A DNA stretch of 64,000 nt from a virus. Below are positions 28,338 through 37,546 of the stretch, one piece after another. The position numbers and the translations under genes were made by a program. Below the pieces are notes generated by a model. It made no database searches. It was given only the letters and a program-made list of their open reading frames with translations, and was not told where the DNA came from. The stretch's first letter is position 1. Each line of letters begins with the position of its first letter. The stretch is taken from positions 16,574-80,573 of IMG/VR virus record IMGVR_UViG_3300031472_000015; one strand, written 5' to 3'.

Positions 28338-28523
28338 ATGACCCGCCGCACGCTGGTGTTCGCGGCGTTCGCGCCGAGCGCCGCCGCAGCCAGCGCCACC
28401 CTCCCATCGTGGCCGGAGTGCGGTCGCAAGCCGCGATGCAATTTCGTGCAGATCGCGCGATCGCAGGATGTGACCCGGTGCGTGCCGCCGCCGCGGGACA
28501 GCCAGGGGCGGGTGCTGTCGTAG
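28338..28523 (+). CDS. Small exported Cys-containing protein, possibly truncated
   Basis: MTRRTLVFAAFAPSAAAA leader; AGGAGG upstream. Confidence 0.35.
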   Translation: MTRRTLVFAAFAPSAAAASATLPSWPECGRKPRCNFVQIARSQDVTRCVPPPRDSQGRVLS

Positions 28524-28643
28524 GGTGGAGATTGCTGGTTGCCGGTGCGGACGGAGTGGGTCTGTCAGGTGTGCGGCAAATTAGTGCGCACAATGGATTA
28601 GGGACCTATTGCTTTGAGTAACGCGGCATGGTAGGTTCCGTGC

Positions 28644-29561
28644 ATGAACCTGATCTCCTTCATGAAGGACTACGGCACCCTTGAAGCCTGCCGGGCGCAC
28701 ATGGAAAGCGTGCGCTGGCCGGATGGTCCGGTGTGTCCGAAGTGCGGTGCGGTCGGTCATGCGGGCCGGGTTGGTCCCCGTCCCGGCATGTATCGCTGCC
28801 ACGCCTGCAAGAGCCAGTTCAGCGTCACCGTGGGCACCGCGATGGAGGGCACCCACCTGCCGCTGAACATCTGGTATCTCGCCATGTACCTGATGCTGAG
28901 CACGGCCAAGCCGATCAGCGCCATGAGCCTGTCGCGCCAGATGCAGATGCAGTACCGCACCTGCTGGCACCTGCTGCATCGGCTGCGCGCCATGATGGAA
29001 GGCGGCGGGACGCTGCCGCTGTCCGGCATCGTCGAGACGGACGAAACCTACGTCGGCGGCAAGGCCCGGAACCGGCAGAAGCATCGCCCTGACGCCACGC
29101 GGGGCCGTGGCACCGACAAGCCCATGCTGTTCGCGGCCATCGAGCGCGGCGGCGAGGCGCGCTCGATGGTGGTGCCCTCTGCTTCCATCGCCGCCATCGC
29201 ACCTGCCTTGTGGGACTGGACCGGGGGTGCTGCCACGCTGATGACGGACGAGTTGGGCGCTTACCGCTGGATCGGGCGGAAGATGGAAGCGCACCACCGC
29301 GTCAACCACAGCCAGAAGGAATACGCCCGCACCACGTCTGGCGGCTTGCGTGCCCACGTCAACACGGCGGAAGGCTTCTTCGGCCTGTTCAAGATGGCGC
29401 TGGTTGGCGTCCACCATGCCGTGTCTCCGAAGCACCTGCACCGCTACGCCACCGAGCACACCTTCCGCTACAACCGCCGGGGTCACGACGCCGCTGAGCG
29501 CATCGCGCGCTGCCTGATCGGGCGTCATGGGCGGCTGCGCCTCCGGGACCTGTTCGCGTGA
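28644..29561 (+). CDS. tnpA: IS1595 (ISXO2-like) DDE transposase
   Basis: WPDGPVCPKC...YRCHAC Zn ribbon; VETDETYVGG, TDE, HVNTAEGFFGLFK, KHL.RY..E..FRYN. Confidence 0.92.
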   Translation: MNLISFMKDYGTLEACRAHMESVRWPDGPVCPKCGAVGHAGRVGPRPGMYRCHACKSQFSVTVGTAMEGTHLPLNIWYLAMYLMLSTAKPISAMSLSRQMQMQYRTCWHLLHRLRAMMEGGGTLPLSGIVETDETYVGGKARNRQKHRPDATRGRGTDKPMLFAAIERGGEARSMVVPSASIAAIAPALWDWTGGAATLMTDELGAYRWIGRKMEAHHRVNHSQKEYARTTSGGLRAHVNTAEGFFGLFKMALVGVHHAVSPKHLHRYATEHTFRYNRRGHDAAERIARCLIGRHGRLRLRDLFA

Positions 29562-30790
29562 CGGCTGGCGTCATGCAGGCGGCGAAGGGACGCCTCTACG
29601 GCGGCGGGCTGGCTGGCGTGGCACGGACCGGCGGCCAGTGCCGGGCGGTGTGGAACCTGTTCGTTGCCGAGAATGCCGACCGCTACAAGGCGGAAGGCAA
29701 GTTCGTGTTCTACGCCGAGATGTCGGCACGGCTGCCCAAGCTGCTGAAAGAAGACCCGCGCCTCGCCGGGCTGCCGCACCGGGCGGCGCAGATGACCGTG
29801 CAGAAGCTGGACCGGGCGCTGCGGGAGTGCGGCCGCGCGCATGGCAACCGGCGCAAGGGCTTCCCGCGCTTCAAGAAATACGCTGACCGCTCGGACGCCT
29901 TCTCCTTCGTTGGGCGCGAGTGCCGCTTCGAGGCAGGGCGCGTGCGGCTGCCCAAGGTGGGATGGCTGCGCGTGCGCGGCTTGTCCTTGCCGGTAGGTGC
30001 GGACGCCAAGGTGGTCGCGGTCACGCAGGAGCCGAACGGCTGGCACGTCTCCGTCCAGTTCGAGGCCGCGCCCAAGGCGTATGCTGAGCCGACGCAGCCC
30101 ATGATCGGCATTGACGGCGGGCTGACCTACTTGGCAACGCTCAGCGACGGGACGCGGATCGCGCACCCCCGGCTGGCGCGCAAGGCGGCGAAGCGGCTGC
30201 GGCGGCTGAACAGGCAGCGCGACCGGAGGCGCAAGGGCAGCGTCAATCGGCGGCGCACCGTGGCCCGGCTGGGCCGCGCGCACCGGGCGCTGGGCGACGC
30301 CCGCAAGGACGCCATGCACAAGGCGACACGGTCGCTGGTGGACACCTACGAGGGCTTTGCCGTCGAGGATTTGAGCCTGCGCGGCTTGATGCGGACCCGC
30401 ATGGCGGGTTCGCTGGCCGACGCCGGGCTGGGAGGGTTCCTGCGGACCCTCCGCTACAAGGCCGAATGGGCAGGGCGCAGTTGGCGCGTCCACGCCCGCT
30501 TCAAGCGCAGCACGGGCGTCTGCCCGGCGACTGGCGCGGTTGGCCCCAAGCTGTCCCTCTCCGTGCGGAGTTGGGCCTGTGATAGCTGCGGCGCGGTCCA
30601 TGACCGCGACGTGGCGGCTGCTCAGGTAATCCTGAGCGGCGCGGTACCGCAAGCGTTGCGGGAACCGGCTTCGGATACGAAGCCTAAGCGAGGCGCTGCC
30701 GTACGTGGCGGGGTCCGGGTGAAAGCCAGGACTAGTCACGGCGGGCCACCTTCGAATGTTGCCGATACCCTGCTGGACGAAGCGGCGTGA
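29558..30790 (+). CDS. tnpB: TnpB RNA-guided endonuclease (IS200/IS605 OrfB family)
   Basis: KGFPRFKK; RuvC-I IGIDGG, RuvC-II VEDLSL, RuvC-III HDRDVAAA; Zn finger CPAT...CDSC; GTGA overlap with the transposase. Confidence 0.9.
   Translation: MTAGVMQAAKGRLYGGGLAGVARTGGQCRAVWNLFVAENADRYKAEGKFVFYAEMSARLPKLLKEDPRLAGLPHRAAQMTVQKLDRALRECGRAHGNRRKGFPRFKKYADRSDAFSFVGRECRFEAGRVRLPKVGWLRVRGLSLPVGADAKVVAVTQEPNGWHVSVQFEAAPKAYAEPTQPMIGIDGGLTYLATLSDGTRIAHPRLARKAAKRLRRLNRQRDRRRKGSVNRRRTVARLGRAHRALGDARKDAMHKATRSLVDTYEGFAVEDLSLRGLMRTRMAGSLADAGLGGFLRTLRYKAEWAGRSWRVHARFKRSTGVCPATGAVGPKLSLSVRSWACDSCGAVHDRDVAAAQVILSGAVPQALREPASDTKPKRGAAVRGGVRVKARTSHGGPPSNVADTLLDEAA
30644..30760 (+). ncRNA. Probable omega/re-RNA scaffold overlapping the tnpB 3' end
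   Basis: Hairpins ccgcaa-gcg-ttgcgg, ggcttcg-gata-cgaagcc and gtcc...ggac inside the low-complexity C-terminal tail, the usual position for TnpB guide scaffolds. Confidence 0.5.
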
Positions 30791-30821
30791 GTAAAAGCAA
30801 TAAGCGCGATGTGGAAGTAGC

Positions 30822-31043
30822 CTACCCCAACGCCACCCGCACCGCTCGCGCCACGGCTGCGGCGCGGGACGGGTCGCCGTGGCGCTGGGCTAAGGTGTCC
30901 AGGGCGTCCATCACATCGCCGGGCAGTTCCACCCGTCCGACACGCCGCGCTGCCACGCTGGCCCGCTTGCGCTCGGTTGCGGTCATAGGGGCCGGACCAA
31001 GGGGCGGTCGACCACGGAGACGTTTTGGAGTTTCATGAGCCAT
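30822..31043 (-). CDS. Small RHH/CopG-like DNA-binding protein
   Basis: RGRPPLG..MTATERKR...VELPGDVMDALD..A...SRAAAVARAV. Confidence 0.55.
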   Translation of the reverse strand: MAHETPKRLRGRPPLGPAPMTATERKRASVAARRVGRVELPGDVMDALDTLAQRHGDPSRAAAVARAVRVALG

Positions 31044-31957
31044 AGGCGTTCGCCGTCTTGGGCGCAGCAGGGCAAGGCATCCAGTGTGTCGGCACACCCT
31101 CCCGCACTTCACAATGCCAGTAGCCATCATCGGCTTGTGAACTTTCCTTGCCAGACAAGTCTAGCCAGGAGGAGACTGCTACCCAAAGCGGTATATCATC
31201 TAGCCAATGAGCAAGAATGACATCCGTTCCATCATGCGGCGCGCTACTGATCGGTTGCCATTCGGTCGTGCTTGAATTTGTTTCTTGACTAAGTTCTGCG
31301 CGTAATCTGGTAATTTCAGCAGCTTGGCGCTCAAGCCAATGGGCACATGACATGAGGTCGGTGTAGAACGTAGACGCACCCGCCCGCGTCATTGCCCAAG
31401 CTCGAAGCACTTCCGGGCCGGTGCGAGCGCCGCCGACATACGGAATGTCTGGCTTTCTTAAGTAGCTCGCTTTTGGCGTATGAGCAGAGTCCATCATCAC
31501 ACCGCGCCGATGGCGGCATCAACGGACGCCCGCCCATAAACCAACTCAGTCTGGCCGATCAGGATGACCGTCCAGCCGTGGATCGTCAGGACAGCTCGCA
31601 CCAAGTTGGTGCCGTAGCGCCACGGCGTTGCGTTGTGGGTTTCAACGGCAGCGCGGGCGCGGGCTTCAGTGACATAGATCATGATGCTGCATCCTGCTGG
31701 TCCTGGGTGTTGTAGAAGGCCATAGCCCGGTCAAACGGGTTGTAGCCGATGGCCGCCTTGAAGTGCTTCAGCTTCCAGTCGCCACGCTCGCCGGTCACGC
31801 CGTCGCAGAACTCGACAAGCCCGTCGTCATGCTCTGCGGCGTAACGCCATAGCTTCAAGCCATCTTCCGGGGTCTTGAGGCCGAAAGACAAGTCCTCGTG
31901 CTGATAAGAAAGCCAGTGCGCGGCGGCCGCCAGCTGTTCGCGTGCGTTCATGTCCAT
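31033..31957 (-). CDS. Antisense block: DUF551-like 31033-31500, hypotheticals 31497-31682 and 31679-31957
   Basis: WQPISSAPHDGTDV...PTHWMPCP; coupled start/stop codons. Confidence 0.6.
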
Positions 31958-32003
31958 ACTCTACATCCTACCTGCCGGGGCCTGATCGCCTCCGGTGACA
32001 ACA

Positions 32004-32032
32004 GATATACGCGGCACCCCGCACATATGCAA
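32004..32032 (-). promoter_or_regulatory. sigma70-type promoter of the antisense block, with GCGGCACCCC direct repeats
   Basis: TTGCAT-N17-TATATC; gcggcacccc at 32011-32020 and again near 32042-32051. Confidence 0.55.
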
Positions 32033-32084
32033 CATCTATTTGCGGCACCCCACAAAATAATCACCACACAACCGCGAGGCCACC

Positions 32085-32780
32085 ATGCTCCCTATCCCGC
32101 CCGCCGCCCTGGCGCTGGTGTCCGCCCTCGTGATGGACGAAGAGGTTTATGCAGCGAAGCCGTACTACGATGAGATCGGCAAGATTTGGAGCCAGGGTTA
32201 TGGTTTCACATTCACACCGAGCGGCGGCCCAATCAATGCGTACAGCCCACCGCTAACCCAAGTCGCGTGCCAGGCGCTGCTGACGAACAAGCTGCTGGCA
32301 ACCTACCTACCGCCGGTCATTGCGGAGTGCGGCTGGCCCCTGACCAACGGGCAGCTTGCCGGCCTCGGATCGCTTTGCTGGAACTGCGGCCCTGGCGCGA
32401 TCAGGAACAGCATCATCCCGAATCTGGCGCGTGCTGGCGTTTGGGCTGGGGTCCAGGCCGCCATGCAGCAGTTCACACATGACCATGTCGGCCATATCGT
32501 GCCGGACCTGGTTGGTCGCCGCCGCCGTGAAGGATTGATCCTGATGGGGGTCACGTTCCTGCCCGGCAAGCGCACTGGCGAGGTATTGGGCACGCCGACA
32601 CGCCCACCCGTGCTAGCTGTGCAGGCGCATCCGTATGCAGCTCCGCAGTTGCAGCCCCGTCCGGCGCTGGCCGCAGCGCGCGCCGTGGTGTCGCCCGCGC
32701 AGTCCGTCGCGCCCGCGCCGCAGTCGGAAGCCGATGCCTTGATGGCCGGTGAACTTCACAACCTCGGAGTGCCGACATGA
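32085..32780 (+). CDS. Endolysin, GH24 lysozyme family, with Pro/Ala-rich C-terminal tail
   Basis: EE.YAAKPYYD.IGKIWSQGYG (E-D-T triad with Ser), LCWNCGPGA, LVGRRRRE. Confidence 0.85.
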   Translation: MLPIPPAALALVSALVMDEEVYAAKPYYDEIGKIWSQGYGFTFTPSGGPINAYSPPLTQVACQALLTNKLLATYLPPVIAECGWPLTNGQLAGLGSLCWNCGPGAIRNSIIPNLARAGVWAGVQAAMQQFTHDHVGHIVPDLVGRRRREGLILMGVTFLPGKRTGEVLGTPTRPPVLAVQAHPYAAPQLQPRPALAAARAVVSPAQSVAPAPQSEADALMAGELHNLGVPT

Positions 32781-33316
32781 ACACCATCACCCTTGACCTC
32801 ACCTATTCCGACTTGGCGGCTTTCCTGCCAGGCGAGAATGCCCTTCCTGCCGGGCTGACACGGCAGCTTTTCTCAATCCTCTTTCAAGGACTTGATAACA
32901 TCATGCTCGACATCACCAAGCTGACCGACGCCATCACCTCGCTCAAGGCAGACGAGGCAGACGAAAAGGTCCGTGTCACAGCAGACCTCGCCGCGCTCAA
33001 GGCGCAGGTGGCCGCGCTGCCGGTCGATACCGCAGAGGTGCAGGCCAAGATCGACGCGCTGACTGTCACCGTCAGCGGCATGGACACCGACGTAAAGGGT
33101 GTGGACGCTTCTGCGTCCGCGCCCGTCGTGCCCGTTGACCCCGCCGCCTCCAGCAACCCCGCCGAGCCGGTTGTCGCCACTGGCACCGTCGCCACTGGCA
33201 CCGTGGTGGCTGAGCCGACCGTGCCTGTACTGCCGGTCACAACCGAGCCGGCCAAGCCCGTCGTGACCACCGAGCCGGCCCCGGCTCCGACCCCGTCCAG
33301 CACGCCTGCTGGCTAG
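32777..33316 (+). CDS. Coiled-coil protein with Pro/Thr-rich tail
   Basis: ATGA coupling to the endolysin; heptad segment followed by PVV/TEPA repeats. Confidence 0.55.
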   Translation: MNTITLDLTYSDLAAFLPGENALPAGLTRQLFSILFQGLDNIMLDITKLTDAITSLKADEADEKVRVTADLAALKAQVAALPVDTAEVQAKIDALTVTVSGMDTDVKGVDASASAPVVPVDPAASSNPAEPVVATGTVATGTVVAEPTVPVLPVTTEPAKPVVTTEPAPAPTPSSTPAG

Positions 33317-33364
33317 AGCACTGCGCCCCGGCCAATCCACGCTGGTCGGGGCGCACCTCGGACC

Positions 33365-33919
33365 ATGAACCCACTCGCACGGCTGCGCCTGCCCGCCCTG
33401 TTTCGCCGGTCGCCGCCGGCAACGCTCACGAACGCCCCTGCGGTGAGCGACACCCCCGCCAAAGGACACCTCATGAGCGACACCTCCGCCGAACTGATGC
33501 CGACCGCGCTGGATTTCCTGACCAAGATGGCCGACACGCTGCAAGCCGAGCGGAAGGCGCGGAAAGTGGCCGAGATGCAGATCGCCACGCTCATGGGGCG
33601 CGAAGCCGTGATGAAGCAGCTCATGACCGACGTTTTGCGGGCGCATGAGGACGATGGGGGCGTTGTGACGCCGCCTGTGGCGCTGACCGCACCAACTGTC
33701 GGCGGCGGTGCGGGAGGGATTGCGGCACCCATGCCGGCTGCTCTGCCTGACGTTACTTACACCGTTCATCTGCCCGACGCGGCGCCGGTCGGGCTAGAGA
33801 TGGCACTGCATCCGCCGGTGGGGGTGCCGACCGTGGAGAGCGTGATCCCGACGCCGCCCGTCGTCGCTGCGCCGACCGTGCTGCCGGTGGGGGCGAATGC
33901 GGATGGGATGGTGGGATGA
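33365..33919 (+). CDS. Hypothetical coiled-coil/Pro-rich protein
   Basis: 184-aa ORF co-directional with the lysis genes. Confidence 0.5.
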   Translation: MNPLARLRLPALFRRSPPATLTNAPAVSDTPAKGHLMSDTSAELMPTALDFLTKMADTLQAERKARKVAEMQIATLMGREAVMKQLMTDVLRAHEDDGGVVTPPVALTAPTVGGGAGGIAAPMPAALPDVTYTVHLPDAAPVGLEMALHPPVGVPTVESVIPTPPVVAAPTVLPVGANADGMVG

Positions 33920-33943
33920 CTACTCTGGAGTTAGTAATCTCAA

Positions 33944-35740
33944 CTATTGTTTATTCCCGCTGACCGGATCAGTACCGTCATCAGTTTGTGGAAGCGGCAT
34001 CCACCAGTAAACTGGATGCACATGAACGGTATGGCCATAGCCTTCGTTGGTTCTCCACCACATGCCCCCTCTCCAAGAGCCATCATAAATACATGCCGGT
34101 CGCCCAGCGCATATAATAACAGATTCAAACTCGGGAGGCAGTTGTTCGCTTGGTTTAAAAGTGTCCCGTGGCAATGTTCCACCGCGCTTTTCTACTACCA
34201 TCTCATCGGCAACTTGCATGCATTCTGGATGCCAGTCGGCAGGCGGCTTTCCTGCTCTAACATGACATCGACAGCATAAGTAATTGTCATCTTGGCAATG
34301 CATTGCTGGTCTGCCGCATACCCAGCACTTTGTTTCAAATGGCTCTTGGTTGGTGGATTGAGCGAGATTCATGGCTAAACTTTCAGAGGTTGAGATTAGT
34401 AATCTGGCCTGCGAACGAACACGGATGGGACGGTGCCGGGGAGTGCTTCGGGGTTAGGCTGCCCCCTCAATCCCTGATCACGACAAGAATTGATGCAGGC
34501 GGAATTACACGGTTAAAGTCTAACTCGACCGTATCGGCATCCAGGATCGTCAGTATTAGATCCAGGTCAAAGCAAAGACCATATGGCGGTGCGTTCACGT
34601 AAGACTCTATGATCACGTGGCTGGTCCCAAGCCCATGCCGCACGCGATACACGCCGGTTGTGCCGCCGCCGATGACTTCGCGGTATTGGGAAGCCTGATC
34701 GTCGGCCGCCATCACCCGTCCCCGCCGTCGCCAGCCCACGCCGTCGCGACGTGCCGATCCCGTTCCCACCGCTGCATCTCCAACTCAACCATCCACGCCT
34801 GCCATTCCGCCTCGCCGTTCGGCGCGCGCCGTTCCTTGGCTCGCTGGACCTGCTTGAGACAAGCTTCTATCTCCGATCGGTTCTTGGCGCAAAGTGCGGA
34901 TTGCAGCCCGATCTCCATGCCCAACCGGTAACTCGGCGTGTGGAACGTGTCATCGGTCATCTCACTGCCCCTCCAACGCAGCGCGGCCGGCGGGGGTAAT
35001 GTGGACGGCAGGGACACCCTTATCGCCGGTCTTGATTATCGGATGGTCGCACGTCTCAATCCACTTCTCGTTCAGCGCCTTGCGCGCCCTTGGCACATCG
35101 CCGTTTGCCTGGACGGTCAGTTGCAGGAACGCACCGTCGCCGTCTGTGGCTCGGCAGATGCGGTCAAGCATAGCGCGGGTCGCGGGCGCCAGCTTGGTGG
35201 CGCTCATGGGTTGGCTCCTAATGCGGCGCGACCAGCGTCGGTCGTGGCAGCATCTTCCGCAGCTTCATCCCTAGCTTGCATCAGATCAGCCATCGCTGCG
35301 GCGATCGCTCGGCCTAGAGCTTCAATACAGCAAGTCATCTCGTAGATTTCCGTATATGAAACGGGACCGCTCAGCCCATTGTTAACATTAATATCTTTCA
35401 GTCTATGGGTAAGGTCGCCCGCTGCCTCCGCAGCACTCCTAAAGTGCTCTGGCGTGTTTGCGACGATGCTTGTGCGCTTGTACCTGTTCGGATGATTCAC
35501 CACGGCCTAGCACTCCCGAGCGGATTTGAGGGTAAGCCTGAAAGCTACCTCGTCCTGCTCAATGTCGCCCTTCGCGCCAATTTCATCTGCGTAGTTATTA
35601 GCAACCTGAACGCAGAGCTTGATGAGACGCAGGCGAGCAACACCTTCTACGGTGTCTACTGCCTCATCCATGTTGTCGTAGCAGTCCTTGAGGTCTTCCA
35701 GCGTGTTGCTGTGCCGGCAGTGGTTCATGTTGGCCATCAT
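33944..35740 (-). CDS. Antisense operon of six small genes: DUF551-like 33944-34372, 34467-34712, 34712-34960, 34962-35207, 35204-35503, 35507-35740
   Basis: Coupled ORFs; WWMPLP motif; MANMNHCRHSNTLEDLKDC phage-type N-terminus; VRHGLGTSHV motif. Confidence 0.6.
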
Positions 35741-35777
35741 CTATCTCTGCCCCTGGATGTCCGAGGCGCGGCAACTG

Positions 35778-35869
35778 GTTTGCCTCGGAAGGGGGTCGGG
35801 TTTGCCTCCCAGGCAAACCTACTCTAGTTTGCCTCAGGCTGGCAAACAATAGGCAAACCGATGGCAAAC
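35778..35869. repeat. Seven GGCAAAC/GTTTGCC heptamers (operator or centromere-like array)
   Basis: GTTTGCC at 35778, 35800, 35827; GGCAAAC at 35812, 35841, 35852, 35863; further copies at 36219, 36254, 36265, 36981, 37164. Confidence 0.85.
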
Positions 35870-36301
35870 CCGGAAAACTTACAAGACGCTGCCCCATGGA
35901 CGATCAAGAACGTAGGGGTGCGAACCCGGAAGATCGCAACCGACTGCGCCGCCCGCGAGGACATGACGATGGGGCAGTGGATGGACCGCATGGTGCCGAT
36001 GATGGCGACGATTCAGGAGGGCAACCAAGTGCTTCCACCTGACCAACGTGGGACAGCGCCACCGTCCGCGCACGCCGTCACCATGATGGAAGTGGAGCGC
36101 ATGGACGCCCTCTCCCGCTTGATGACAGCGGTCGCCAGCGCCGCTGCGGCCGGGGTGCCGAAGCGGGCTGTGGGAGAGATAGCCGCCCTGGCACGCGAGC
36201 AGGGCCGGCTTGCGCGCGGTTTGCCTGCCTTAGCGCCACCAAGCAAACCGGAGGGCAAACGCAAGGCAAACCCGGCGGACCCACGGCTGATTGAGGGCTG
36301 A
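35861..36301 (+). CDS. Ribbon-helix-helix protein, plasmid partition/centromere-binding type
   Basis: PWTIKNVGVRTRKIATDCAAREDMTMGQWMDRMV RHH pattern; heptamers overlap its start and its 3' end. Confidence 0.65.
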   Translation: MANPENLQDAAPWTIKNVGVRTRKIATDCAAREDMTMGQWMDRMVPMMATIQEGNQVLPPDQRGTAPPSAHAVTMMEVERMDALSRLMTAVASAAAAGVPKRAVGEIAALAREQGRLARGLPALAPPSKPEGKRKANPADPRLIEG

Positions 36302-36304
36302 TGG

Positions 36305-36769
36305 CTACATCTGGCAGCGCCCAGCAACCCGCGCCATCCGCTCCGCCACCAACGCCCGATGCGCCTCAGTGACCACCGGCAGCAACGCAAGCTGCTGTGC
36401 CACGGAGCGCACCTGACCGCTTCCTATCCTTGAACTTACTGGCCGTCCGTCCCCCTGATGCATCCGGCGGACGCAGGGCGCGGGCGGCAACATCGTTTGG
36501 TAAGCGCACGGCTTATCGCGGCGTAGGTTGCCCGCGTAGACCGGCTGCCGCTCCCACTCTAGCAGGCCGAGGCGCTTCCCGGCCCGCTTAGCGCGGGTGA
36601 CGGTGGATCGGGATACGCCGGCCTCGCTGGCAAGGCGGGCCTCCGACGGTTCCGTATCGCCCTGGAGGGCCAGCCGCCCCAGCACATCAAGCACGCGCGC
36701 CTGGTCGCCGGAGATGTTGCGGTTGCGGCGCTCAAGATCCACGCGGTCCAGCCATACGCGGTCAAACAT
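36305..36769 (-). CDS. HTH protein resembling plasmid replication initiators
   Basis: PSEARLASEAGVSRSTVTRAKRAGKRLGLLEW winged-HTH; C-terminal RSVAQQLALL; GGAG RBS. Confidence 0.55.
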   Translation of the reverse strand: MFDRVWLDRVDLERRNRNISGDQARVLDVLGRLALQGDTEPSEARLASEAGVSRSTVTRAKRAGKRLGLLEWERQPVYAGNLRRDKPCAYQTMLPPAPCVRRMHQGDGRPVSSRIGSGQVRSVAQQLALLPVVTEAHRALVAERMARVAGRCQM

Positions 36770-36896
36770 GGGTCAGCTCCACAAGGGGCCGACGAACAAG
36801 CATAGCGAGGGCGTTGCCCGGTTGGGGGTTGTTTTCACGCGCTCACTATGGTCTGGTGATAGCTGCCCCTCGCAAGGCTTCCATCATCAGCTTACC

Positions 36897-36930
36897 GAAG
36901 GTCGTCCCGCTGCCAGGCAGGGCGACCTTC
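36897..36930. other. Strong GC hairpin upstream of the rep-like gene
   Basis: gaaggtcg...cgaccttc plus an inner stem. Confidence 0.5.
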
Positions 36931-37277
36931 GCTGTTCATGGGCTAGTTCATCGGACACTCCGAACTCACGGGGATCGTGAGGTTTGCCAGCGTGGCACGG
37001 AGTCCGGCGTGGGGGAAGCCGTTGCGCGCCCACACAATCAAGGCAAGCTGGTCGTCACCTTGGTAAAGTCTGCCCGGTCACGATCTAGGCTGGCATCCGT
37101 TTCGTCCGCTAAGATTTATTTTCGCCCCCTATCTGTATGATCCGCCTCATGCTCGCCCCCGCCGGCAAACACCGGTGGGGAGCAGATTACGTGAGGCAAC
37201 AGGTCACCCGTTGGGAGCATTTCAGGCGAGGCAATGCGATGCGCGTGGTGGCGGGTGCTACATAGTGCCGCTTACCA

Positions 37278-37472
37278 GCGAGCACCGGCATCATCCTGAC
37301 CTCAGTTCCGCCATTGGCACGGATTGTGAGCACAACCCTTGGTTGGCGAGCACGACACGATGATGGCGAGCACAGTGGCAGATAATGTGAGCACGAGGCC
37401 CGCCCCATTGTCAGCGAATCCGAGCAGAAATCCGCTCCGTTTGCGAGCACGACGTCCGATGATTGCGAGCGG
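37278..37472 (+). repeat. Iteron-like GYGAGCAC repeats
   Basis: Copies at 37278, 37326, 37346, 37366, 37387, 37443 and a degenerate copy near 37465; core spacing 20/20/21 bp. Confidence 0.8.
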
Positions 37473-37546
37473 CTACACCTATCCGGCCTCGCAATGTTCT
37501 TCCAGATACACCAGGAATCGTTCAACCAAGGAGGGATGCGGGGCGG

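Larger units (their letters stand above)
28602..30807 (+). mobile_element. IS1595-family element carrying tnpB between imperfect terminal inverted repeats
   Basis: tattgctttgagtaacgcggc (28607-28627) vs reverse complement of 30782-30802, 17/21 identical; no target-site duplication found. Confidence 0.65.

Noticed and set aside
28194-28618. 9-bp inverted match ctcaaagca / tgctttgag suggesting a MITE left of the IS
   Set aside because: Too short, with no flanking extension or TSD
28593-30816. Target-site duplication around the IS1595-tnpB element
   Set aside because: Flanking 8-mers do not match for the end positions tried; the ends remain provisional
31189-31206. ggtatatcatc as an alternative IS1595 end
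   Set aside because: Lies inside an intact DUF551-like phage gene and has no partner repeat
37321-37335. lacO-like look of ttgtgagcacaa
   Set aside because: Better explained as one member of the periodic GYGAGCAC array; no LacI-family gene nearby
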